DNA from: an uncultured bacterium
GTDB taxonomy: Bacteria > Abyssobacteria > SURF-5
Length of the DNA stretch: 18,049 nt
NCBI GenBank assembly: GCA_964510165.1
Contig: CAZEBC010000056.1
Location: forward strand, 2,293-20,341
Reading direction: 5' to 3'
Part shown: positions 1 through 9,553 of the stretch, in pieces
How positions within the stretch are numbered: position 1 is the first letter of the stretch
Layout of the letters: every line of letters begins with the position of its first letter
Notes under the pieces: model-generated
Seen by the model: the letters and a program-made list of their open reading frames with translations, nothing else
Database searches by the model: none
Told to the model about the DNA's origin: nothing
Position numbers and translations under genes: made by a program

Positions 1-2
1 GC

Positions 3-569
3 GGAGTAAAGCAGGCCGAGCGAATGGGGGAACTCCATTTCCTTAAGGATTTGGATGTCGCGACCGCGCCCCGCACCAATAGTCGTCGTGGCCCACTCCC
101 CCACCCCGTCGATCGTCAGGATTGCCGCCTGATCGAAGGGCGACGGATAGAAGGCGCTGGCGGCATGCGAGAGGTGATGCTCGGGGAACAGCAGAGTAGG
201 CGCGCCGTCGCCGAGCCTTGCGATCTCGCGCTTCAGCAACCGGCGTGTCAGCAGCTTTTCCTTAACCCAGACCGGCATCGCCGAGAGGAAACTTCGCAGA
301 CCTTGTGGGGCGAAAGCATGGTAAGTTTCGAGCAATCGCTCGAATTTGATGAAAGGCTTGTCGTAGAAGGCCACGGCGCGCAGGTCGGACGGAGCGAGGC
401 CGCCCTCCCGCAACACGCAGTCGGCCGCAAGATTGGGAAAGGACGAGTCATGTTTCTTACGGGTAAACCGCTCTTCCTGGACTGCGGCAACGATCTCGCC
501 GTCAACGAGCAGGGCGGCGGCGCTGTCGTGGTAGAAAGCCGATATTCCGAGGATCGCGTCGCGCATCAT
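3..569 (-). CDS. Carbamoyltransferase, NodU/CmcH/SxtI family, N-terminal part (runs off the left edge; absent from the ORF track)
   Basis: Manual minus-strand translation from ATG 569 (or 566): MMRDAILGISAFYHDSAAALLVDGEIVAAVQEERFTRKKHDSSFP...FYDKPFIKFERLLETY...FPEHHLSHAASAFYPSPFDQAAILTIDGVGEWATT...FPHSLGLLYSA. The HDS, EERFTRKKH, EHHLSHAASA and DGVGE motifs are hallmarks of this family. Confidence 0.93.
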   Translation of the reverse strand, partial: MMRDAILGISAFYHDSAAALLVDGEIVAAVQEERFTRKKHDSSFPNLAADCVLREGGLAPSDLRAVAFYDKPFIKFERLLETYHAFAPQGLRSFLSAMPVWVKEKLLTRRLLKREIARLGDGAPTLLFPEHHLSHAASAFYPSPFDQAAILTIDGVGEWATTTIGAGRGRDIQILKEMEFPHSLGLLYS

Positions 570-578
570 GCCGCCAGG

Positions 579-728
579 CTAGAAGATGGTATAGATAAAC
601 GGCGCTATGGCCGACCCGCTTGTGAGGACGATCAGGAAAGCGAACAACAGGAGGCTCAGAATGATTGGCAGGAGCCAATACTTTTTCCGCGCTTTCAGAA
701 AACCCCACAAGTCCTGCAGGAAATCCAT
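579..728 (-). CDS. Small membrane protein, DUF5989 / SxtK-like (49 aa)
   Basis: MDFLQDLWGFLKARKKYWLLPIILSLLLFAFLIVLTSGSAIAPFIYTIF carries the typical RKKxWLLP and C-terminal APFIYTxF signature. A GAGGAG RBS precedes ATG 728, so the track's start at 857 is too long. Confidence 0.88.
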   Translation of the reverse strand: MDFLQDLWGFLKARKKYWLLPIILSLLLFAFLIVLTSGSAIAPFIYTIF

Positions 729-750
729 TATATTCTCTCCTCGCGTCGCG

Positions 751-1152
751 CTAATAAGGCGCCTCGATGTCCTGTCCCCGATACGCATGGTTGCGCGTTC
801 TGAAGACAGAGGAGCGGCTCGTCTTCCACTTTTTCCTTTGCATCGGGTCGTAGCCACCCAACCGCCTGATTAAGCCAAAGGGGGTGACCAAGCCGTAGAA
901 CAAGAGCGCGAGCAGTACCCTTGACATCACGGCGCCCATGATATTGGCCAGTCCGAACCATGCCTTTGCCGGATAATGGAAGAGCGGCGGCCACATCATT
1001 GTGAGAAGGCACAGGGCAATTGCGGGCGGCACGAAATACGGCCGGTCCGTAAAGTGAGCCACCAGGAGACATAGCAAGGTGAGAGCCATGCCGGTGTCCT
1101 TTGCCTGGTCCCGGCTCACGCCGCGATGAGACGAATCCTGTTCGTGGTGCAT
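751..1152 (-). CDS. SxtJ-family membrane protein
   Basis: Hydrophobic segments and the pattern W(F)GLANIMGAVMSRVLLALLFYGLVTPFGLIRRLGGYDPM. GGAGG precedes ATG 1152 (the track starts at TTG 1167). It sits next to DUF5989 and a carbamoyltransferase. Confidence 0.82.
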   Translation of the reverse strand: MHHEQDSSHRGVSRDQAKDTGMALTLLCLLVAHFTDRPYFVPPAIALCLLTMMWPPLFHYPAKAWFGLANIMGAVMSRVLLALLFYGLVTPFGLIRRLGGYDPMQRKKWKTSRSSVFRTRNHAYRGQDIEAPY

Positions 1153-1298
1153 GCCACCCTCCAACAATCGGCCTTCTCGGGCTCGCCTGTCAGAGCCATG
1201 ACGAATCCCGATTGAGCAGACTCAATATTATCATACTTGCGGCGGCGATTCCACCTGCCGGGTCGCGCGCATTTGCTTTTTTTGGTAGCGGCGGCGGC

Positions 1299-1327
1299 TT
1301 TACTCATGAGACAGCGCATGGTATAAT
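1299..1327 (+). promoter_or_regulatory. Putative sigma70 promoter for guaB-guaA
   Basis: TTTACT (1299-1304), 17 bp spacer, TATAAT (1322-1327), with an extended -10 TG at 1319-1320. AAGGAG RBS at 1361-1366. Confidence 0.65.
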
Positions 1328-1360
1328 AAGCCGAAAATATGACTTGACTGTAACGAGTGA

Positions 1361-2839
<1,479 letters not shown>

Positions 2840-2890
2840 GCTTTGCCCCGATTCGCGCGCTGATATGTTTCCACCACCCAAAGGCGGGAC

Positions 2891-4441
2891 ATGAACCCCG
2901 ACCCTCGCTCACAGCTTGTTATTGTGCTTGATTTCGGCTCGCAGTACAGCCAACTGATTGCTCGCCGGGTACGCGAGTGTCATGTCTACTGCGAGATACA
3001 CCCGTATGACCTTACCGCCAGACAAATTGAGGCGATGAGGCCTAAGGGCGTTATCCTTTCAGGCGGGCCAGCCAGCGTGCCCAAGGACGGCTCTCCGTTG
3101 CCCGACCCCGGCATCTTTGAGCTGGATATCCCGATCCTCGGCATCTGCTACGGCCTCCAGGTGATCGGACAATTAATGGGCGGCGCAGTCGTGCCGGCCA
3201 CGCGTCGCGAATACGGCAAGGCCGTAGTGAAGCAGTTTGACCCGCAGGGCCTGTTTCACGGACTCGAGACGGAAGTGACCGTATGGATGAGCCACGGGGA
3301 CCAGGTGTCGGTAATGCCGTCGGGTTTCATCAACATCGGCGTCTCCGACAACTCGCCTATCTGCGCAATCAAACATGCCACCAGGCCGATCTATGGATTA
3401 CAGTTCCATCCGGAGGTCGTCCACACGCCGCGCGGGACTGACATGCTCCGCAATTTCCTGTTTCGCACGTGCAAATGCCAACCTTCATGGGACATGGGTT
3501 CGTTCATAGACGACGAGGTGCGGCGAATCCGCGACCTTGCGGGCGGCGAGCGGGTGTTGTGCGCCTTGAGCGGAGGAGTAGATTCTTCCGTCACGGCCGC
3601 GCTCTTGCATCGCGCGGTCGGCGAGCAATTGCACTGCATCTTCGTGAACAACGGTCTGCTCAGGAAGAACGAACCGCAGCTTGTCGAAGAAGTCTTTAGA
3701 AGGCATTTCTCGATCAACCTTGACGTTGTTGACGCCGAGGACTGGTTTCTGAAGAAGCTCGAGGGAGTGGAGGCGCCGGAACGCAAGAGAAAGATCATTG
3801 GCAACGAGTTCATTCGCGTGTTCGAGGAAGAGGCGGGCAGACTGGGCCGTTTCAAGTTCCTGGCGCAGGGGACTCTTTACCCCGATGTTATCGAGAGCCG
3901 CTCCACGCGCGGACCGTCGGTCACCATAAAGACCCATCACAATGTGGGCGGCCTTCCCGAACATATGAATTTCGAACTCATCGAACCGCTCAAGGAATTA
4001 TTCAAGGATGAAGTGCGCGAGGTCGGCCATCAACTCGGAATCCCCGACGAAATCCTCTGGCGGCACCCGTTCCCCGGGCCGGGTCTGGCTGTCCGCATCC
4101 TGGGAGAGGTGACGAGGGAAAAGCTTGCGACGCTCAAGGAAGCGGACTGGATTGCCATAGAGGAAATCAAGAAGGCCGGCCTTTACAGAGATATCTGGCA
4201 GGCGTTCGTCGTGCTCTTGCCCGTCAGGAGCGTCGGAGTCATGGGCGACGAACGCACATACGAAAACGTCGTGGCCATTCGCGCAGTCACCAGCATGGAC
4301 GGGATGACTGCCGATTGGTTCCGGTTCCCGAGCGAGGTGTTGGCGCGGATTTCCAACCGCATCATCAACGAGGTCAGGGGAGTAAACCGCGTGGTGTACG
4401 ACATAAGCTCCAAACCCCCAAGCACAATAGAATGGGAGTAG
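2891..4441 (+). CDS. guaA: GMP synthase (glutamine-hydrolysing)
   Basis: [24 protein letters not shown] (GATase Cys), QFHPEV, PP-loop [34 protein letters not shown] and C-terminal KPPSTIEWE. Confidence 0.98.
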   Translation: MNPDPRSQLVIVLDFGSQYSQLIARRVRECHVYCEIHPYDLTARQIEAMRPKGVILSGGPASVPKDGSPLPDPGIFELDIPILGICYGLQVIGQLMGGAVVPATRREYGKAVVKQFDPQGLFHGLETEVTVWMSHGDQVSVMPSGFINIGVSDNSPICAIKHATRPIYGLQFHPEVVHTPRGTDMLRNFLFRTCKCQPSWDMGSFIDDEVRRIRDLAGGERVLCALSGGVDSSVTAALLHRAVGEQLHCIFVNNGLLRKNEPQLVEEVFRRHFSINLDVVDAEDWFLKKLEGVEAPERKRKIIGNEFIRVFEEEAGRLGRFKFLAQGTLYPDVIESRSTRGPSVTIKTHHNVGGLPEHMNFELIEPLKELFKDEVREVGHQLGIPDEILWRHPFPGPGLAVRILGEVTREKLATLKEADWIAIEEIKKAGLYRDIWQAFVVLLPVRSVGVMGDERTYENVVAIRAVTSMDGMTADWFRFPSEVLARISNRIINEVRGVNRVVYDISSKPPSTIEWE

Positions 4442-4446
4442 CCGGA

Positions 4447-4725
4447 ATGTCGCGCGGCACTTTGAAGAACTGCGCTTGCTGCGGCGCACAGATAACCCCG
4501 CAGGTTCCCGAATACTTCGTCGAACTGGAATGTTTCCGTCTGCTCAACGAACGCAAGGGGAGCGTCCCTCGTCGCGGCTCAAAGGAATATCATGACGCAA
4601 TGGAGGAGTTCCTGCCCGAGATACAGGAGTCTTACTATAGAAATCGCGAGATGTATGACAACGGCCACTTATGGTGTCCGGTCTGCGGGAGTAAGCTTGC
4701 CGCCTCGGGAGATGGCGACCGGTGA
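4447..4725 (+). CDS. Hypothetical 92-aa protein with two distant CxxC motifs (possible Zn-binding)
   Basis: ATG 4447 lies 5 nt after the guaA stop, with GGAG upstream. Sequence MSRGTLKNCACCGAQI...HLWCPVCGSKL. Confidence 0.65.
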   Translation: MSRGTLKNCACCGAQITPQVPEYFVELECFRLLNERKGSVPRRGSKEYHDAMEEFLPEIQESYYRNREMYDNGHLWCPVCGSKLAASGDGDR

Positions 4726-4880
4726 TTTCGGTCGTGATACCCGTCAATAGCCAAGTGCAATCGCTTCGATCCCTTACGATCCCTTACAATCAAACTCATT
4801 GAAATCATACGGGGCTCAACATACTGGCCGTCATACGGAGGAAAAAAGGCCATATCCGATGTGAGATGGAGGAGGAGCGA
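4722..4880 (+). pseudogene. Probable remnant of a GT2 (ArnC/DPM1-like) glycosyltransferase gene
   Basis: GTG 4722 overlaps the upstream stop (GTGA) and reads MISVVIPVNSQVQSLRSL, resembling the GT2 N-terminal ISVVIPVYNE motif. A 10-bp tandem duplication breaks the frame (stop at 4800-4802). It sits where a GT2 usually precedes LAB_N + ArnT. Confidence 0.5.
4767..4786 (+). repeat. Perfect 10-bp tandem duplication CGATCCCTTA x2
   Basis: Directly visible at 4767-4776 and 4777-4786. Confidence 0.9.
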
Positions 4881-5179
4881 TGAACTGGGGACAATGGGTC
4901 GGCATGAGCTGGGTTGATCGGGTGTGGTTGGTTACTGGCCTCATCGGGCAGGCGGTCTTCTTCGCCCGTTTTCTGGTTCAATGGATAGTCTCGGAACGGC
5001 GTGGAAAGAGCGTCATCCCCAATGCGTTCTGGTTTCTGAGTCTGACCGGGAGCCTTATCCTGCTCACGTATGCAGTACATATACGAGATATTGTGTTTAC
5101 GCTAGGACAGGCGTTTGGCTTCATGGTGTACATTCGGAATTTGATGCTGATATACCGAAGGAGGGTGGCAGAGCCATAA
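4880..5179 (+). CDS. Stand-alone lipid A biosynthesis N-terminal (LAB_N) domain membrane protein
   Basis: GLIGQAVFFARFLVQWIVSERRGKSVIPNAFWFLSLTGSLILLTYA...D.VFTLGQAFGFMVYIRNL matches the LAB_N signature. Strong GGAGGAGG RBS. Confidence 0.9.
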   Translation: MNWGQWVGMSWVDRVWLVTGLIGQAVFFARFLVQWIVSERRGKSVIPNAFWFLSLTGSLILLTYAVHIRDIVFTLGQAFGFMVYIRNLMLIYRRRVAEP

Positions 5180-5259
5180 GGCGCGGTCATGTATGGCGTG
5201 TTGCAGGATTTGTGAACAGGCAACACGCAGTACGAAACACGATACGATGGATCAGCCAT

Positions 5260-6903
5260 ATGAATGAACCTAGTCATACACGCCTTCACATACTTGTCCT
5301 GCTCATCGTCTGCTACTTCCTGTTCTTCTTCCGGATCGGGGCGCGGGACCTGTGGAATCCCGACGAGCCGCGCTATGCTCAGGTGGCTCGCGAGATGCTC
5401 ACAACCGGGGAGTGGGTCGTGCCCCATCTCAACGGCGAGATTTATCAGGAAAAGCCCCCGCTCTATTTCTGGCTTGTGGCGCTGATTTCCAAGCCCATCG
5501 GTGACGTCATGGAGGCGACGGCTCGCGTGCCCTCGGCCGCAGCGGCGACCATGGTCGTGCTCATCACCTACCTGCTCGGCGCGAAACTGCTCGGGAGCCG
5601 CGAAGCGTTCATGGGCGCCATTGCGACGGGGACAAGTGCCCAGTTCCTCTGGATTGGACGCGACGGCGTCCTCGATATGCTGCTCACATTGTCGGTCGTG
5701 GCTGTGCTTGCGTGCTTTTGTCTCGGTTACGCAAAGAGACGCCCTCTGCTGTACGTGGCGGGATTCGCGTTTCTGGTACCCGGTTCCCTTACCAAAGGGC
5801 CGGTCGGTATCGCCGTCCCGGTGCTCGTTATGCTCGTGTTCCTGCTGGCTGAGCTGGCCATGAGGAAGGAAGGAGCAAAGAACCAGCTTGGCTGGTTTCT
5901 AGCGGCGACGCTTGTCGGCCTGGTTATCATTGCCGCCGTCGTTGGCCCATGGTGGCATGCGGCCTATGAGAGAAGCGGCGGCACGTACGGCTCCATGCAG
6001 ATTCTGGCAAAGCAGACAGGAGGCCGAATCTTCGAGTCGTATTCGCATCGGCGGCCGTTCTACTATTTTTTTCATGAGGTCCTGTGGCAGTTCCTGCCAT
6101 GGACCGTCTTTTTTCCTCTGGCGGGGTACATGCTTGTCAGAAAGGAAAACCTCCGGGAAAACCAGGGGCTGCGCTTTCTGTTAATTTGGTTCTTGACAGT
6201 GTTTCTGTTCTTTACGCTCATATCCGGCAAGAGAAGCCAGTATATTCTGCCTCTGGTTCCAGCGGGCGGATTGATCCTGGGCTGGGCGCTGATGAAGTCC
6301 AATCCCGAAGCGGGCACGTTGCGCGAGAGAAAGGCGTTTGCCGTCCCGTTCCTGTTGTTGCTCGTGGCGGTCGTGACATGCCTCATTGCTCTGCCTGTAG
6401 GCGTTTATCTTTACGCGCGTGAGTTCCTCTGGGTTTCGATAATCGGAGGAGGAGTTTCGATCGCAGGGGTGCTTGTCCTGGCATGGTTCTGTATGCGGCG
6501 GAGCCCCGTCGTTGCCCTGGGGTGTGCGGCGGGAATAACGGTTTTCGCGGCTGTTCTCACCTTCGGCTATCTGTCGCAGATCGGCGACAATTACAAGTCT
6601 GCCCGCCCATTCTGTAACGAGGTCCTCGCCGCCATGAACGAGGATGACGGCGTTTTTTTCTTCACATTCTACCGCCCTAACATTCATTACTACATGGGGC
6701 GGCAAATGCCGGTGCTTGTGGATCAGGAGGATATCGGGAGAGCTCTTGGTGAATACCCGAGAATCTTTGTCGTGACCGAATCGGATAGTGTTGAGACGCT
6801 TGGCTGGCTTGTTCGCGCGCCCGGCATGAAACATGTCAGTCGCAGAAAGATAGGTGGCCGAGACGCTGTCTGTGTCGCGATCACTTCTGCAAAAACTCCA
6901 TGA
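5260..6903 (+). CDS. ArnT-like GT-C membrane glycosyltransferase (GT39/GT83-like)
   Basis: LWNPDEPRYAQVAREM, WVVPHLNGEIYQEKPPLYFW, ARVPSA, TKGPVG, H.RPFYYF, FLPWT, SGKRSQYILP and many TM helices. Start placed at ATG 5260, because the track's 4924 start overlaps the LAB_N gene. Confidence 0.9.
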   Translation: MNEPSHTRLHILVLLIVCYFLFFFRIGARDLWNPDEPRYAQVAREMLTTGEWVVPHLNGEIYQEKPPLYFWLVALISKPIGDVMEATARVPSAAAATMVVLITYLLGAKLLGSREAFMGAIATGTSAQFLWIGRDGVLDMLLTLSVVAVLACFCLGYAKRRPLLYVAGFAFLVPGSLTKGPVGIAVPVLVMLVFLLAELAMRKEGAKNQLGWFLAATLVGLVIIAAVVGPWWHAAYERSGGTYGSMQILAKQTGGRIFESYSHRRPFYYFFHEVLWQFLPWTVFFPLAGYMLVRKENLRENQGLRFLLIWFLTVFLFFTLISGKRSQYILPLVPAGGLILGWALMKSNPEAGTLRERKAFAVPFLLLLVAVVTCLIALPVGVYLYAREFLWVSIIGGGVSIAGVLVLAWFCMRRSPVVALGCAAGITVFAAVLTFGYLSQIGDNYKSARPFCNEVLAAMNEDDGVFFFTFYRPNIHYYMGRQMPVLVDQEDIGRALGEYPRIFVVTESDSVETLGWLVRAPGMKHVSRRKIGGRDAVCVAITSAKTP

Positions 6904-6910
6904 GGCCGCG

Positions 6911-6939
6911 TTGACACCCCCCATCCGTTGTGTTATCAT
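6911..6939 (+). promoter_or_regulatory. Near-consensus sigma70 promoter
   Basis: TTGACA (6911-6916), 17 bp spacer, TATCAT (6934-6939), with an extended -10 TG at 6931-6932. Confidence 0.75.
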
Positions 6940-7011
6940 CTGAATCGGAATCACTTACAGAGTATACGAAGAAGAGAGGAGCAGGCAAGATGCCTGCGCT
7001 GCATAAGAATA

Positions 7012-7689
7012 ATGAAGACATTTACCTATAAAGGGATAGATAGACGCGGCCGCACGGTAACCGGCACGACCACGGCGCTCAATGAACGCGAGGTCAGGGA
7101 CCAGCTCGCGCAATTTGGCTTTAAGAACATCCGGGTCGTGGAAGGGTCCTCCGACGCGCCAAAAGAAGAACAGCTTCCGGCCGACTTCGTTCAGAAGCTG
7201 GTGGATGGCGATATCGCCGTCGAAGCAAAGCCCGAAGAGGGGGCCGAGGAAGATGAATGGCATCGGGCCGAAGCGATCGCCCGCACCCGCCGGTTCCGCA
7301 GACGCGAAAATGTGGCTCTGGTTCTCACAGTGATTGTGCTCGGAACTTTGGCCGCCTATTTCATCTATGACAGGCTCACGGCACTACCGGCGCCAGAACC
7401 GACGATCATAGCCGAGAGCAAGAGCGAACTCTTGCGGTTCAAGGAAGTCTACATCAAGGGGGAGGACCTGGTGTTCGTCATATATGGACCGAGGTGGAAC
7501 GGCAACGTTCGCGTTGATTTTCAGGCATGGGACCCCTTTGACCACAAGATCGATTTTGGAACCGCCAGGCTCGGCTTTGTCGGGGCGCACTACGGCGGGG
7601 CGGACGAGAAGAGCGGCGCTTTCAAACTTAAGAAGCGGAGGTTCTACGAGCGCATTGAACTCCTGCTCAGCGGAGACGAGGGGAAATAA
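7012..7689 (+). CDS. Hypothetical bitopic membrane protein with a PilC/GspF-like N-terminal motif
   Basis: MKTFTYKGIDRRGRTVTGTTTALNEREVRDQLAQFGFKNIRV resembles the N-terminus of type IV pilus / T2SS platform proteins. It is followed by an acidic linker, a basic patch, one TM (VALVLTVIVLGTLAAYFIY) and a beta-rich C-terminal domain. Confidence 0.72.
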   Translation: MKTFTYKGIDRRGRTVTGTTTALNEREVRDQLAQFGFKNIRVVEGSSDAPKEEQLPADFVQKLVDGDIAVEAKPEEGAEEDEWHRAEAIARTRRFRRRENVALVLTVIVLGTLAAYFIYDRLTALPAPEPTIIAESKSELLRFKEVYIKGEDLVFVIYGPRWNGNVRVDFQAWDPFDHKIDFGTARLGFVGAHYGGADEKSGAFKLKKRRFYERIELLLSGDEGK

Positions 7690-8132
7690 TGATAAGCTTG
7701 ATGGGAAAGCGTCGCATGACGGTAGCCGCGAGTTGTCTGGTCGCGAGCATCGGCATCATGGCGATCATTGCCGGATGCAGCGCCGAGGACCGCGCCCGCC
7801 GGTCTCTTAAGAAAGTGGTGTACGAGCAAATCAACCAATTCAACAAATACCATCAGCGCGAGATCAAGCCGAACGTCTATGAGAGCGCGGGTCAATTCTA
7901 TCGCGTCTACCACGAGAGGGTTGACCCGGACATAAGCATGCGTCGGACCAATTCGATCGATACCCCCTACATCGCAACGCTTAGGTTCACGGAAAACGTC
8001 TATCTCACAAAGCGACATCCCTCCATGAAGGAAGGCGCCCTGGATGTTCACTTCATCCTCTCCGGGTCTTCGACACGGGAAGTCATCTACGCCTATGTGA
8101 ACGGCGTGTGGAAGAAGAAAGAGACCTACTGA
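7689..8132 (+). CDS. Hypothetical lipoprotein
   Basis: Basic N-region (KRR), hydrophobic H-region and lipobox IAG|C. The start overlaps the upstream stop (TAATG); an alternative start is at 7701. Confidence 0.75.
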   Translation: MISLMGKRRMTVAASCLVASIGIMAIIAGCSAEDRARRSLKKVVYEQINQFNKYHQREIKPNVYESAGQFYRVYHERVDPDISMRRTNSIDTPYIATLRFTENVYLTKRHPSMKEGALDVHFILSGSSTREVIYAYVNGVWKKKETY

Positions 8133-8168
8133 TTAGATACCCCAGGCATTGCGTACGACATCAATATT

Positions 8169-8915
8169 ATGACAACGCAGGAGAAACGCACGGGCATCAT
8201 ACGCGCTTCGCTCTACGTTGGCCTCATATCCCTCTATACCCTGGTCCTGGGCGTCCCATGCCTTGCAGTTGCGCTCGTTCGTCCGCGCGGTGAGACAACC
8301 TACTGGTTCATAAGGACGTGGGCCACATGGCTGCTTCAGACCTGCGGCGTCAGGCTGGAGGTAAACGGGCGGGAGAACGTTCCCTCTGAAGGCGCGTTTC
8401 TCTTGATGTCTACACACAACAGCCACTTCGATATCCCGGTCCTGATGAAGGAGGTCCCCTGTCAATTCAGGATAGTGGCCAAGAAGTCGCTGTTCAAAAT
8501 ACCGATATTTGGATGGATCATGAGCGTGGCCGGTTATGTCTCCGTGGACAGAGGGGACAAGGCGCAAGCGTTCGCGAGTCTTGACAGGGCCGCCGAAACC
8601 GTGAAGGGCGGAATGCCTCTGCTCATATTCCCGGAGGGCACACGAAGTCCCGATGGCGCCTTGGGCCCCTTCAAGAAGGGCGGCTTTGTGCTGGCCACCA
8701 AGGCCAAGGCGCCGATAATCCCCGTCGTTATAGACGGCACCTTCCATGTTCTGCCCAAGTCGACATGGCGCATTTGCCCGGGCCGCGTCACGGTGACATT
8801 CGGCAGACGGATTGACACCTCCGCATACTCCTACGAGACCAAGGAAGACTTGATGGAGGCGGTCCGGCGCTCCATGTTGGAAATGAGAAGGATGCCCCCC
8901 TCCTCGTACAAGTGA
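8169..8915 (+). CDS. plsC: 1-acyl-sn-glycerol-3-phosphate (lysophospholipid) acyltransferase
   Basis: HX4D motif (THNSHFD), AKKSLFKIPIFGW, VDR, IFPEGTRS, FKKGGF and PIIPV, with an N-terminal TM. Confidence 0.9.
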   Translation: MTTQEKRTGIIRASLYVGLISLYTLVLGVPCLAVALVRPRGETTYWFIRTWATWLLQTCGVRLEVNGRENVPSEGAFLLMSTHNSHFDIPVLMKEVPCQFRIVAKKSLFKIPIFGWIMSVAGYVSVDRGDKAQAFASLDRAAETVKGGMPLLIFPEGTRSPDGALGPFKKGGFVLATKAKAPIIPVVIDGTFHVLPKSTWRICPGRVTVTFGRRIDTSAYSYETKEDLMEAVRRSMLEMRRMPPSSYK

Positions 8916-8945
8916 AGTCGAAATCCCGCTTTTCTTCCCGCCAAC

Positions 8946-8975
8946 TTGCCAGGTTCGATTCCTCCATGATAAGAT
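8946..8975 (+). promoter_or_regulatory. Possible sigma70 promoter
   Basis: TTGCCA (8946-8951), 18 bp spacer, TAAGAT (8970-8975), with TG at 8967-8968. Confidence 0.4.
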
Positions 8976-9051
8976 TGCGATGGGATGAAAGCTTGACCGA
9001 GTGGAGGAAAACAGGCTCGGAAGGCTTTCCCTGTATTCCTTCAGAGGGGTG

Positions 9052-9522
9052 ATGAGGGTGGCTTACGAATACAAACCGGGTGAGGATGACGATTTACTTA
9101 AGCGATATGTGATAGTGGCGGGGGTGGTGGTGCTTATCGCCGTCATTCTTGTGCTCACCCTTTACATTGGCCTGGGAATCGACACGCAGATGGTGAAGAC
9201 TCTCACCAAGCGGATCGCGCCTGACGCCACAAATGTCACGTTCGTGTTCGTATTCGTAATGGCAGCATTCGCCTTGTGGGGACTGCTTCGCGAGCCAGCG
9301 GCGGCCGAAAACGTTCAGCGACAGCAGACATACTTCATTCTGCTCCTCATTCTGGCCGGTTTCATGTTCGCCGGCGCCGTCTATTTCAAGTTTTTGGCCA
9401 ATCCGACGGAAGATGTTCGGAAGACCGAGGTCTGTCCGAACTGCGGCGGGACGGGCAGGGCAAAGTATCGGCCGGAATATCCGTGCGGCACATGCGACGG
9501 CACCGGTTACATAACGCCATGA
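9052..9522 (+). CDS. Three-TM membrane protein with a C-terminal DnaJ-type CxxCxGxG zinc finger
   Basis: Three hydrophobic segments followed by CPNCGGTG-x9-CGTCDGTG. The start is uncertain (GTG 9001, ATG 9052 or GTG 9058); GAGGGG precedes 9052/9058. Confidence 0.75.
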   Translation: MRVAYEYKPGEDDDLLKRYVIVAGVVVLIAVILVLTLYIGLGIDTQMVKTLTKRIAPDATNVTFVFVFVMAAFALWGLLREPAAAENVQRQQTYFILLLILAGFMFAGAVYFKFLANPTEDVRKTEVCPNCGGTGRAKYRPEYPCGTCDGTGYITP

Positions 9523-9553
9523 AACCTCGGTCGCGCCATCCGGGACATAGAGC

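Noticed and set aside
24..803. 259-aa plus-strand ORF
   Set aside because: Antisense shadow of the carbamoyltransferase and DUF5989 genes, whose minus-strand motifs are unambiguous.
3..1152. Saxitoxin biosynthesis cluster
   Set aside because: Only sxtI/J/K-like homologs are present. These are widespread, and no sxtA, sxtG or other core genes are visible.
4420..4880. Genomic island integrated at the guaA 3' end (a known hotspot)
   Set aside because: No integrase, no duplicated guaA 3' end noticed in the window, and no obvious compositional shift.
4924..5259. N-terminal extension of the ArnT-like ORF
   Set aside because: It overlaps the well-supported LAB_N gene in another frame, and ArnT-like sequence begins only near ATG 5260.
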